DNA of 64,000 nucleotides, from the NCBI RefSeq assembly GCF_003918875.1, contig NW_025767106.1:682001-746000 (forward strand), written 5' to 3'. The notes beneath the pieces are model-generated. The model ran no database searches and was not told the DNA's origin. It saw only the letters and a program-made list of their open reading frames with translations. Every line of letters starts with the position of its first letter. The first letter of the stretch is position 1. The stretch comes from Haliotis rubra. Its lineage: Eukaryota. Shown one piece after another: positions 48,550-62,199 of the stretch. A program made the translations under genes and the position numbers.

Positions 48550-51500
48550 TCAAATCTCTAATGAACTGTCTTTAGCTTTCTTTCCTTCAACATCTCCATC
48601 AATCGTGTAGCGTCTTCCCGACGTCCTGTCTGTGGTGTCAGCCAGTACGGTATTATTCGTCTCAGGCAACAATAATGTTAATAGTGTACAGACTACCATA
48701 GTGGATCCGACAATAACGAATGGGGGCAAAAGGTCTTCACCTCCCTGAAAAGTTACAGAACCTAAGATCAGATGTGAACATTTCATTCGATAATGTTTTT
48801 AATGTGAAGAATTATGCATAGTCAATGAATTTGTTAATATTTCATTTGGGTTGATTTGACATTTAACACCAACAATATTATACTTCTGACAAAGCATCCA
48901 GCTGCAATATCGATATTGAGAAACTATGTGATGTAAAGTGAGTGAGTGTGTGAGTGAGGTTAGTTTTACGCTGCACTCAGCAATATTCCAGCTATATGGT
49001 GGCGGTCTGTAAATAATCAAGTCTGGACCAGACAATCCAGTGATCAACAGCATAAGCATCGATCTGCGCAATTGGGAACCGATGATATGTGTCAACCAAG
49101 TCAACGAGCCTGATCCCGCAAGTCGCCTCTTACGACAAGCATGGGTTACTGAAGGCCAATTCTAACCCAGACCGTCACGGGTTATGTGATGTAGAGACTT
49201 GAATAACGTAAAAAATACACGTTAATATAATAAATGTTGTGTCATCGATAACATAGAGGTTGTAAATATGATATACTACTAACAATTGTTATCGACGGGA
49301 AAATAATACACTCTTTCAGTTCTTAGTATCTCTTAGTATACTCACTCAATATTTAGATCATAGTACCACTCACCATGGCAAATGCATAAGGAGACACGAT
49401 ACTCCCTACACGGGCAGCAGTGTTTGCAGCACCATAACCCAGATTCCTGGAAGAAGAATAAACCGCAGTTTCAAGTGAGAGCAACAGTCGGACGTGTTTG
49501 CAATAATACTGGCACGTGACAGGGTGGAATTGGAGTTACAGGGGCCATGGGGCCCGATCCACTAAACACTCGTAAACCTATGATAAACATAGAGTTAGGA
49601 CAGGTTGTAACGTTATGAACCCTTTGTGAAATGGGACTCACATACCCAAGAAGCCATAATTCGCAGTGAAGGATGCACCTCTTACACATGTAGTTGTTCT
49701 CTTGGCATGGCTCAAGTCCCATATCTGTCCATCATCACGTGTTTAACCCGACCACCATTACTGTCAAAAACCCTGGTTACTCAACAGTTCGCTCTCGCTA
49801 AGGTATATCTAGTACCTGATAACTGTCGGGTATGTTTCACTCGTAGTCATCTGAAAGGAGTTCCAGGCTGTCGCTACTCCAAGCCTACAGATCAGAGCCA
49901 TTGTCGTTGTTGCTGGTCCACGGATGCTGTCACTGGAAACTGGCAGTGAACCACCATTTGTAGAAAATTCATGTAGCCGGCATGATCCCAGATCTGAACG
50001 TTTACTTTGGATTTTCCAGAGGACGTATGGCACAACTGGAAAAATCTGCCTTTGTCCACTCTAAGTAAGTGTCAGTAACCAGCAACGCTAATGTTGCATA
50101 CTCGTCATATGTGTCAGGATAATCAAAACTGATAAAGAATTGGCTTTAAGCAATCTGTTCAAAACACAATAAACACGCATGCACCACCAATACCTTCGTT
50201 CTGACGATAAAACCAGAAAAACATTAATTGTAGCAGTCGCGAAATTTCTGCAATTTTCTGTGATTTTATATTTAGTAAATGTAACTCGCGTTCACTGACA
50301 GAAACCAAACTACAAACGAATACATGCATAGATATTTGTAAAATACTCTTGAATTATGGAATGCTCACCGACTCTTGATACAATAACCACTCCAAATGCA
50401 CCAACAGTAGCTACAGTGAAAAACAAGAATGTTGTCCATCGCCTTCCGATTCTGAAAGATTAAGAACTTCACTGAAAACATCAATACTGTTTGTTGCTTA
50501 AAGCCGCCTTCAGCAATATTCCTGATTCGTGAGTGCGTGTTGTTTCAGAGGAATCATATAAACATTTATTTGAAATGAATAATAGTATATGCTAGAAACT
50601 ATTAACGTACAACACCACTGTTGATTTACGTTTTTGAATATGCAAACTAGCATTTGTTTTTGGTATGGTATGGTATGCTGTGAATGTACAAACAAACCTG
50701 CTACTTAGGAAGAACACCATGACTGTTCCAGGTACAGCTATGACAGAAACCAGGAACATGTTGAGGTAAAGGTTCCCCATCAGGTTTCCCACGCCGAATG
50801 TAATTCCATAAAACGAAAACGACATGCACATCCTGTGGGGAACAATGGAAATAAACAAACATGCATTTGGGTTGTAATTATGTCCGAGTTAAGGGAAAGA
50901 ACGTCTCTGAATGACAACTCACCAGATCACCTGAATAACCAGGGATTTCCAGCATATATTCCAGTGACGATAGATGTCAAGATAGTTGTATTTGTGATCA
51001 GATTCTTTTCCCCTTTTCTCTTCTTCTGATAGTTTCTTCAGGAGAATGGCAGTATTGGCTGGCTTCTCTCTTTTGTTGTACTGAGCCATCTGATCTACCA
51101 CCTTCTCTGCCTCTTCCAGCTTACCATGAACTGCAAGCCACCGCAAACTTTCTGGTGCAACACTATGGAAGGTTAAAGGGGGTGTCAAATAATTCATATA
51201 TGGATTATGTTTATTATGAAAGATCAAATCCATCAGAAATGAAACGAGATAAATTACATGCATTGATCAATCCTGGAAGGTAACCGTTTCTACAGAACGA
51301 TAACATTTATTTTCAACGGTATATGTATCAACAGATAAAACAAGCGAAGAATTAAACCAAGTCATAAATAGATGATTATTCATCAATACACCAATAGTTA
51401 TGACAAAACTTACAATAACAATATATGTATTGATCAACGATGATAGCCATCGTTATTACCTCATTTAATATGGACATAATTTTGTCAATAAACGTCATTG

Positions 51501-53200
51501 TTACCCTGGGAGGTTACATGTAAAGCAATGCGAATCACTCACAACCAACAGGCCAAGAAAGGGATATGTAAAGCTGCTAGTATGATATGTAGATCTGACC
51601 AGTCCGGACGCAGCCAACACGACATTGCAAACAGAGCCGATCCAACTTGCCAGAACGGAACAACAGATGTTATCTGGCGCCAACTCTTTCCTATGAACTC
51701 CATTGTGTATGGATAGCTCACCACTAAGTTTGAACCAACCATTGCTCCAATCAGAAATCTGTAAAATATACATATGCTTTATGCGATACCATTTTGTTTA
51801 GTGGCATATGTTAGTGGTAAATCGAACCAAATGTGTGTTAGATACTTGTATTTTTTCGTTTAACGGTGTAAAACGATTAATGTATTTGTTTATAGTCTAC
51901 CTTAGCACAATAAACATCTGCCATGATACTGAAAATGCAGCCACCAAGTTGAATCCTCCGTGTAACAGCAGAGCGATGTAAAAGGTCTTCTTTCTGCCAA
52001 TAACATCAGCAGACTGGCCGCTTATGATGGCTCCTAGCAAAACACCTCCCATTTGTACTGATGTGATGAACAACCTGATTCCTGCCCTGTCGCAGACAAA
52101 GTCCCACTGAAACGTAATTTTGAATGTCACTATGAAGCAAACATGGTTCAGTAGGACTTCTTCCTACATCAAACACCACCTTCAATTAAGATGTTACATT
52201 CTATTTCAAACTATTAAAATGTAAAGTCACTTCGGCAGTATTTCAGACTAAGAAAGTTGTAAATTTATAAAAGAATAAAAACAAAGTTTGCTAATATACT
52301 TCCCTGTCTGCAAAGGACAGTAAAACAACTAGATTGTTCAATATAAGTTTAAAACTATTAACTAAATCTAATATTTTGACTATAAAGGACAATATACAAT
52401 ATAAAAACAGGCTATAGATTGCCAACAACTGAAGGTAGCTCACCATACTATGGACCATAGGGGCTTAGAGTACATTTGCTTCTTGCATGGACTTTAGCTG
52501 GATTTACACCATCCCTTCAGCCGTTAGCAATTTAGACAAATGTAGCCATACATTTAAAAGAGACATAGTGTGCGATTAAAAAGGGGAAAGTTTTAATTTA
52601 CTTTTAATGTTATGGGACTTACGTACCCTCTCAGGAGGGACAATACTTTTACAGTACTTTAAGCCCCTTTGAGGATACAGCCACTAACAATCTAAGTTTA
52701 CTTATTTAAACTTCCAATCATAAAATATTTATCTATTTTATATGAAACAGACGTACCATACTATTTGTATGAAATGTGATTGAATAAATTCAACATTTGG
52801 CCTTTACATTTACTGGTTTCGAAGTTTGTTAATCGACAAAGGATACCGGAAATAGATTTATTCATTGTTACAAAATACTTCACAGATATTCAGATAAGAT
52901 GCAAGGTTCATTTGATAACAAGTCCGTCTGTCTCGAAATAGTGTAGAAAATAGTGGGATAAGGACTTGATATGAGACGCAAATCTTTGGTGTATACTTTC
53001 GAAACAAATCTAAGACAGTGCTCACATAATTTCCTTACCTCAGTTACAACAGTATTTTTCTCCGTGCTGTACACAAAAGAACACGAAGTGCTATTGTCAC
53101 CAACTGAGCACTGCTTCAATCCTGTGTAATTACTGGCGCCGCTGGTCATTTCGTTCACACACCACCACAGTTGCGGTGTCACCCCAGCGAAAGTCATCAT
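48550..53200 (-). CDS. SLC22-family transporter, paralogue D (first coding exon 5'-truncated; other exons intact)
   Basis: Exons 53200-53039 (starts MMTFAGV, about 36 N-terminal codons missing), 52106-51901, 51758-51543, 51162-50923, 50832-50698, 50451-50369, 49939-49816, 49446-49374, 48744-48550. Canonical splice sites; no stops or frameshifts seen. Confidence 0.78.
48938..49182 (-). mobile_element. Family M element in last intron of D
   Basis: TSD TATGTGATGTA; full length. Confidence 0.87.
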
Positions 53201-53387
53201 ACTTTGATTGCATTTTTCTTGCTTTTAACGCCGCACTCATCAATATATTGCTCAATAATGGAGGGACTGACATCATGAGCGTTGATCTTTGCCTTTCTGA
53301 TATTACGTATGTGCATATTGATGGATTTTGACAGAATAAGCTACGAAACGTATATTTAGCTGTTTCCAAGTATAGCGTAATTCTAAC

Positions 53388-56300
53388 TTGTTGTTCAAGA
53401 AGAACACGGCCATTTCGCTGGGCAAAGAGATCACCGATACGAGGAACATGTTGACATATAGGTTCCCAGTCAAGCGCCCAACGCCGAAGGAGATGCCATA
53501 GTATACGAAGGCCACTAGTAACCTGCAGCAAACAAGGCACATTGATCAAAGGACACAAACAGCAAAATGAAAGACATTAAATATTTGGTTATTTGAAATC
53601 ATCCATCTTTCAGATTATGTTAGGCTGTTGAATGTTTTTGTTTGGTGTGCAATAACATTTGACTAATCCGAAAATATCATGTTGTTTAAGATGACCCGCA
53701 TCTATATTATACCTACATGACCTGTCAATAATCAAACCTAGAACATTGACAAAGTCTAGTGTCTGATGTCATGAGCAAAGATACACACCAACGATGACGT
53801 TGGTCACTGAACCGGATCATCTGATCAAGTAGGTAAGTTCTTACAACATGTTATAAGGATCGAAATCCGAAGACCATATACGAGTCATGCAGATGCGATT
53901 ATTATCAGAAATATTGCTGAGTTCGTTTTTTTAATCTGGAAAAACCAAGACATTTTGTTTGAAAATTTCTTTGCGGTGTCGTATCAGTTATATTAATGAT
54001 AACCCCTTCCTACATAGTTTTGCTTGAATAAAGCTGCACATATTGAATTATATAGAATGATAAATACATCTCACCATATAACTTGGTGAACAATAGATTT
54101 CCTGAACATACTCCAACCACGATAGATATCCAAATAGCTGTATTTACGGTCGGAGTCGCCGCCTCTCCTTTCTTCATCTGACAGTTTCTTCAGGAGGATT
54201 GCGGTGTTTGCTGGCTTCTCTTTCTTGTTGTACCGAGCCATCTGATCTACCACCTTCTCTGCTTCCTCCAGCTTACCATGAACTGCGAGCCACCGTAAGC
54301 TTTCTGGCACAATCCTAAAGATGTACAGTGCAGCTACTGAATGTTGTATTTCATACCCTGACAGTTGGTTGCATCGTTAAATTCATTGCTGAGTGTAATG
54401 CTTCAATAGACATATAAAATGTCATTTACATTTCACAGAGAGATTCAACAACAGGTAAAATATTCATCCATTACAATCTGACTGAAAAAAGGATGTTCTC
54501 ACCACTGATATTCCAATATGCTCATCATAAATACCGCAGAACATAAACTAAAGCTGCAATCTAATAAGTTAAACATCGTGATGTCTGCACAAGGCGTATA
54601 TACACATATGGGTTGTTTACTCCCGCAAACAAATATGTATTTATGAGAACATTAAAGAGTAGCATCAGAAGAGGTCAAATATTGAAATGTTACAGAAAAG
54701 CAGGACATATATTATGTATAGCGCCAGTACTGAGTATATGTGTGCGAAATTATATTCCAGTTTGGGCATAACTGACTGTGTAGCATGTTAACTTGGCTGA
54801 CGGGTTAACTCTTTTGAAAATTCTCTATTCGAAACTCTTAAACAAATAGGGGTGTCATGATTGAAGGAACTAAATGTATGAATCCCTGTCCAGCTATATA
54901 CATACCAATGGCAGCGTAATGGTCATACACAAGACTTAGAATACTGTATTACGTAGTTGGTAACTCACATAATCGTTTCATCATATATACATGTAGCTTC
55001 TAAATACCACTCACATTTGCACCAGATACAATATACAGTATATATTACTAACAGATAACCAAAGAAAAAGGGAACTTGAATGGCTGCCAGTATGATGTGA
55101 AGATCGGACCAGTTTGGACGTAACCAACAAGTGAGAGAAAGCAGAGCAGATCCACGGGCCAGAAGGGAATAGCGGCGATGATTGGACGCCAGCGGGTCCC
55201 TATGAACTCCATTGTGTAGGTAAAGCTCACCACCAGGAATGAACCAACCATCAATCCAATACAAAATCTGAAAAAATATTCTCCATCAGATGGGGACACC
55301 GAAAACGAGTGAATAATAGTTGAACCTGCTTTCAGTCATATTCGATTGCTTCTTTTCCGAATGGGAAAATGATGAATTCCATGCATTATGGACATGCTGA
55401 GGTTTAAAACTTAAACCAATAGGCTGTTCATGGACCCTGATGGGATATAATCAGTATGTTATATATAATAAAATAATAATATAATTAACTGAATAAGAAC
55501 GAGTGGGCATTGCAATGGCAGGCAATGCAGGCACCTTTAGTGTTAACTTTAGAATGATTTCATACATGCCTTAACGCAATAAACATCTGCCATGATACTG
55601 AAAATGCTGCAGTCAAGTTGAACCCTGCGTGGAGGAACAAAGATATGTAGTAGGTCTTCTTTCTCCCAATGACATCAGCAGATTGACCACTAATGAACGC
55701 CCCAATCAGCACACCCGTCATCTGAACTGCTGTTATCAATGGCTTGATCCCTTCCATATCACATAACAGGTTCCACTGAGAACAAAAATGTGTATCTGTA
55801 TCATGTGATGTAATAATTGACATTTTAACGGACGGGAACTGATCAAACTACTTTAGTGTTTTCAATATGTAGTTTTAAACATCTAATGGTTAATGTAAGG
55901 CTGATCAGGGGAATGAGTGTGTACACACTCAAAAACAGGATCCACTTGCTGAGTGTTCTAATCCCAGATACACTTTTGTGACAATATTTCTGTTAGAGGC
56001 ACAAACACACTTCTGGTTTTAATACACTTTGTATCCAATGCGTAACGTACTTTTAAAAATAAAAATCCCCTAAATTTGGTTGCTGGTGGTGATGGCATTG
56101 TAACAGTGTTAAAAGAGAAAAATAGATGTATGTGTTGCTTGAATATTTCATAATTTGAGATGTTAATGGCTAGAATCGAAATGTATGAGGTCGTGCTAAT
56201 GTTTTTCAGTCCATTGTATATTTATCAACTGATGTCTCCTGATGACATTAAACTTCAACTCACTCGTAAGCGGATCCTTTTGTAATTATTTCATGTAAGT

Positions 56301-59300
56301 AATCGATGTAACTTGGGATATTAGGGGCCATATTTGTATATGTTATGGCAGTTGATGTCTATACGGATACCTGAAGCACCATATCCTACACTGATATCTA
56401 GAGAACGATAACGAATACCAAAGAACCATTTGAAAATGACCGTAAGCACCATCCACTAATGATACCTGGGCGATCATCATATAATGATGTATGCTCAAGG
56501 AACAAACTTCACCACCCCATATTTTTCAAACTATCAATATGTTACAATTAGCCACAGCGGAGGAACCTTAATCAAACCTCACTGTCACGTAATATCCGGA
56601 TACAATGATGCTAAAAAATAATTACATGACAACTCACAACTAAGAAAGAACCAAAACCGTAGTTTATATAAAGATGCCTACATGGCGAAGAAATGCATCT
56701 AGCTATGGTCGTCTGACGTGAACAAATGTTTACATATACAAGATTCTGGCAAACAATCCTCATGAAATTACCTAAGTATCAATAATCGAGCACAATATCA
56801 TTATCAGGTGAAACCTCCGCCAACATTCTTGTGTATTGCAATGCGTTATGATAATGTAACGAAAGACCCATAATGTCCCAAACCTGCTCCATGGAAATGA
56901 GGTTTGGAGGCGACGCGCATTTGATCGTAGGACGTGCATATCTAAAATCAATGTGTGGTGCTCTTGACGCGTCAAAATAGTCATACAATACAATAATTAT
57001 ATCATGACTAGAAATAGCTATATGGGGCTTAACATCAGTAGGTGTTGCGGTACGTTTTTTTCCATATGTATCCTGTGTAACAAGCGCACCATCTAATCAT
57101 TTTGAGAGATCTTCTTCTGATACTTGGGGATAGTTTTATCAAACTATAATGCTAGCTACACCTTGTGGACAATCTTCTGCTGATGCTTGGGGATAGTTGT
57201 AAAACTATAATGTTAGATACCTTGAGGTCACTGTTAACATGATTCGTGGCCAACCATACTACCACGATATACACAAGAAGCTGCACCCCAGTATTACACG
57301 ATCCTATAATGCCAAACTAAGCACTATCTTGCAATGACATTTGACACCCTGTAATGATATATACCTGCAGTTCCATCCTGTAATGCAATACACTTGGTTC
57401 ACAATGATATATACCACAGGGCCTAGATTTTCGATGCTCTCTTAGCGCTAAGGTAGTCGTATGTTAATGTATGGCACTTACAACTATCTTAGCGATAAGA
57501 ATGTCTAGACCCAGGAATACTACTCTTTGATAATACGTCACTGTCCGAATGTCGGCACATATAAAACAACTCGGACCATTTCGACACAGCTGAGCACCTT
57601 GATATTCATTATGGGAATTTGTTTTCTGTGACATTTATTCACTAAATGTCTTATCGTATACATTTTCGTCATACTATTTGCATACTTGATCTAACATGTA
57701 GGTAGGTTTATGCATGTAATGTTTCAGTGCCCTTGATATCATTTGTAGATATTAGATATTGTTTTAATGATTAGAAGTTTAAATTAGTAACTTAGATTGC
57801 TAGTGGCTGTACCCTCAAGGGAGGTTAAAGAGTTGTAAAATATTGTCCCAGTGAGAGGGTACGTAAGTCCCTAAACTTTCAAAGTATATTTCAAACTTAC
57901 CAGGATTTTTAGCATAGAAGTTCTGTGATTTTTAATTATGGCTAAATTTGACTACAATCGCCATCGGCTAAAGGGATGATGTAAAAAATCCAGCTATGGT
58001 CCATGTAGGTAGCAAAAGTCCTGGAAGTCCCCTTGGTCCCTAGTATGGTGATCAACCTTCAGTTGCTCTTGATCTATAGCCCATTTTTATATTGTACTGT
58101 TGCCTCTAGCGATGTATATTTATGATAGCGTACTAGTTTTAAATTTAAAGCTGTGATAATCTAGTATTTTTACTGTCCTTCGATGACGTTTTTTTACATT
58201 CTAACTTTATTGATTTTAATATTGATATAAATTAAATTGGTCTCTTCACGATATAGCTGCAATATTGCCGATGTGACGCTTAATCTTAACTCACTCACTC
58301 ACTATGATACTATGTAGATTACATTGTTTTATATTATTTTACAGGACCACCATCGTATAAAGTTACCGTAAACATATTATTTTCCCGGATATCTGGAGTG
58401 AGTGAGTGAGTTATTATTTAACATCACATCGGCAATATTGCAGCCATATCGTGACGAGAACATATTTGATTTTGAAGTGGAATATATTTATATTATAAAA
58501 ACCTGTGGACGAAGGACAGTAAAACAACTAGAATATCACAATTAGAATTAAAACTAGCGTGGAAAGTTTAAAACTAATAGCACTATTGGGGCAATACAAT
58601 ATAAATACAGGCAAGATCTCGCCAACAACAGAAGGTAGATCACCATACTAGGGACCATGGGTGTTTAGAGTACCTTTGCTACCTGCATGGACCCTAGCTG
58701 GATTTACAACATCTCTTCAGCCGTTGGCGATTGTAGGAGAATTTAGCCGGCAGTTAAAAGAACAAAAATATTACGATTAAAATGTGGTAAATTTACATCT
58801 TACTTGAAAGTTTTGGGACTTACGTACCCCGGATATCTGGAGCAACACCAAGATGATGCTTGCATTATAGGATAACAACACCTTGGGAACCATCACTTAA
58901 TGATACAAGCCTGAAACACCATCCTGCAATAGTAAATGCCGAAAACATCTTAGCACAGACCCATTATATTCCTGGGAAAGAAGGTAACTCCATATTGCTG
59001 AATGTGCAATTCGTAATAAATACTTCTGAGTTAACAGTCCCAATCATGCCAACGTATATGCAAAATACTTAAACACATCAAGGCTGTTTCTTTAATGAAT
59101 TTAATGGTAACTTACTTCACTGATGGCAGTGTTCTTCTCTTGGCTGTACACAAAAGTACATGTGCTTTCGTTGCCTGTTGCCGGACACGCCTTCAGGCCA
59201 GTGTAGTTGCTGACGTCGACGTTATCAGCAGCATCGCTGACGATGTCCGTGCACCACCATTTTTCAGGGTCCACTCCCACGAACGACATCATCAACATTC

Positions 59301-59400
59301 CCCATGCTATCAATCCTTTAGGAACCATGACCAGCAGCATGATGGTGATCTGGAACCGTGACATTCCCCCCACACCGTCTATGATCTCATCAGAGTACAT
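53388..59400 (-). CDS. SLC22-family transporter, divergent paralogue E (first 5 coding exons only; 1-nt deletion; may splice into D)
   Basis: Exons 59400-59116; 55775-55570 (GC donor); 55267-55053 (215 vs 216 nt, missing G near 55152); 54314-54075; 53522-53388. Motifs WNLLCD, ADVIGRKK, VPESLRWL. No E-specific downstream exons before D begins. Confidence 0.68.
56740..57060 (-). mobile_element. Highly decayed Tc1 transposase fragment
   Basis: RAPH...ASPPNLISMEQVWDIMG resembles ARPH...SPDLNPIEQVWD. Confidence 0.45.
57418..57513. mobile_element. ~95-bp palindromic MITE
   Basis: GGGCCTAGA...TCTAGACCC ends; internal CTTAGCGCTAAGGTAGTCGTA / TACAACTATCTTAGCGATAAG inverted repeat. Confidence 0.55.
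57790..58282 (+). mobile_element. I/Nimb-like LINE 3'-UTR fragment
   Basis: Same 3'-UTR blocks in + orientation, ending AACTCACTCACTCACT. Confidence 0.75.
58399..58827 (-). mobile_element. I/Nimb-like LINE 3'-UTR fragment with 15-bp TSD
   Basis: TSD CCCGGATATCTGGAG at 58384-58398 and 58828-58842. Confidence 0.8.
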
Positions 59401-61869
59401 CCTTGTGTCTTCTCTTAGATCTGGAGATATACAAACATGTATCATTTTGTTTCAGCAACAAGATAATAAGTGAGTGAGTGAGTTTAACGTCATCCCGGCA
59501 ATATTTCAGCCATATAGTGACGGGAAAGGTTTTGCATTCACAATAAATACAAGCCGTTAAATAGCCAGCCATAGAAGGACTGAAAAAATAACTAGAGTAT
59601 CACAGACGGTGTTTAAACCTAGCATGTGAATCTAAAACTAGTTTAGTTACGAAGACGATATACTATAAAAAAAGGCTAAACATCGGCAACAACTGAAGGT
59701 GGATCACCATATTAGGGACATGGGTACTTACATGAGATTTGTAATAAAGTAAAAACTTAATATAATGTTTCCATTAAGAATACAATTTACACAAAACTAT
59801 GCTGTTTGTCATTCGACTACACACAAATGTATATAGACCACAATTTGTGCCCAGCCAAGCTAACGAAACAGGGCAAAGGGACATCAGAGGAAATCATGCA
59901 TAATGTAAAACATGACCTAATGACCCCACTTGTAATTTATGCTAATTGTAATAGGTAAAACATGGCAATGGTCACATTTATGTACTTGTGAGAGGACAAC
60001 ATGTAATAGCCGCGACCATAAATGTTCCCCCTGGGGCCGGATGATGTATATAATCGTGTCATTCTTCTCCCAACTGTCATTCTGAAGAACACTGAAAACA
60101 CATGACCGTTGGCAAGCGAATTCAATCCGGTTCCCCTGAAAACATGTCACATTAGAAAATGTAGAAGATTGCATAATGCCTGTCAATGTGAAGTACCTTA
60201 CCCAATTCGACCTCATTTACAAAGGTAAGGACCTATCTGCCACATTTAATATTGCGTAAAATATATTTATGTTTATGACGTACCTTCGAAGCAGTTGGAA
60301 TGTGCCGAGTTTCAGAGGTATGGCATCTGTAGGCAATACAAGCTTCAGCTCAAGACAGTGTGCTCACGTTGTGTGTTCGTAACGGCCTCCACGTGTATTG
60401 CAGGGCGGCCTGTATGTAAATATGTAAAGTGACTGCGAGCTTCAAGTACTTGGTTTAGTGATTGAGTTAATTTGCATTAGAATGTGTCTGAAGTATGTCA
60501 GACCAACGTGACATGAGCCAAGATAAGGAGCCCATGTTCTTGTGGCAGCCTTGTTTACGATGTATCAAGTCGCACATATAAGGAATGTATTTGTGGTACG
60601 CTCGCTGGCTTTATCTGACCTGTATCCAGGGCCCTTAGACAAATCCGTCTATATGTATTATGCTGAGTCCCATTGCAATTCGTGTTTGAGCAAATGTTTG
60701 AGGATCCTGTACAGCGGATATGCGTCACACTTATTACAAACAGTATATTTATGTAGCTTTCTTTCTTTAGTATTTTCACACATTGCTATAAACGGAAGCC
60801 ATACCTTATACATGTACAAAATGTAAGCTACATGTATGTTCGGATTATGAACGATAACGTGAAACCGTCACCATAACAAATGGGTGATTTGTTTTAAACT
60901 CTTTGCATGTGTTGTCTTTGTTACGTTGTTTCAGTGAACCAAGTGACACCCATTTGAACTAAACATTTGAATTTCATACATATATCTGAAATATTTGTCA
61001 AACATACCTTGTTCCCGATCACACGACCTTATGCTTTGAGCATGTGAAATCATCTATTTCTAATGAAATAATATTCATGATGAAGAACAATTGTCACTTA
61101 CATGATACTATACACGTTACAGCAGCAGAACCACGAGTACATGACATTTGTGACAAAGTGAAAGACCTTGCATTTACTTCGGATGTAACTGTATCGAATA
61201 GAATGAACTTTGAGCATCAATAAGAAGAAACTTATTTATGCATTAGTGAATTTCTGATGAAGCGAAGAGAAATATTTATATGTCCCCAAATGAATTCGTT
61301 TTAAAGAACCAATATAGTTTAACAGAAGCTCTAACTGTCGTAACAATCAGCGGGCATTAGCTTAGTGATTCGACTGAGCTTCTCATGTTTGAAGCCACTG
61401 GACCGTTACACAGCTTACCAGATATAACCACACCACTGTGTAACATTAATGTTTTATACGCCATATAAATGGAATAGACTGCGATATAATACAGTACTCC
61501 CAAATTCACATTTATCCTTTGTTAAATGATCCTATATTGTACCATATGTCTTTATGTATATGGGCCTACGGTCTTTCATACAATAAATATTAGAAATAGA
61601 ATAAAAAATCCCATTATATTCATGGCTTGCTTGCCAGTCACTGTGATGATCACCGCATGACCATCGACGATACACTTTGTCGTGTAATAACTATGCCATG
61701 TGGATTTAGCAAGATATATCTGATGTTTAAACAGCGGTACACGTTGTCGAACGCACGGTTTCTCCACGTGGGGTCAACAAGAGTTCATCTCGAGGTCGCG
61801 CATACCTACAATAACGTATAGTCAAAGTAAAGTATTCACTCACACATAAACACGTGTCAACGTGCGTTA

Positions 61870-62195
61870 AGATGGCTGGGGGGAGGGGGTGTGTGATGAT
61901 GATTTCTGTGGCGAAGCATGTACAATGTGAATGACCACCGCCCTAAAATTTATTTACAAAATAAGTGACCCCCCTTCCATATCATGTACAAAATCAGTGA
62001 CCCCCCCTCCCCTTTCCATATATTCTAAGCATAATTTTAAACATATTCTTATGTACAAAATTTCTGACCCTCCCTAGTTCGTGTGTACAAAATCGCTGAC
62101 CCCCCTAGCTCCCCAGAACATAATGAGCTACCTCCCCTTAAAATCATCAAACAACCCCAACATCCCCCCAACCATAAATTATGAACGGTCCCTTA
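61870..62195. mobile_element. PIF/Harbinger-like MITE with internal dispersed repeats
   Basis: Right terminus AAATTATGAACGGTCCCTTA; four copies of TACAAAAT..TGACCC(CC). Confidence 0.5.
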
Positions 62196-62199
62196 TCTG

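Noticed and set aside
48550-50451. D's last four exons being E's original 3' end
   Set aside because: D's coding exons 6-8 are close to B and C, whereas E is much more divergent in its retained exons. A deletion between E and D is more parsimonious, though D's last exon is divergent.
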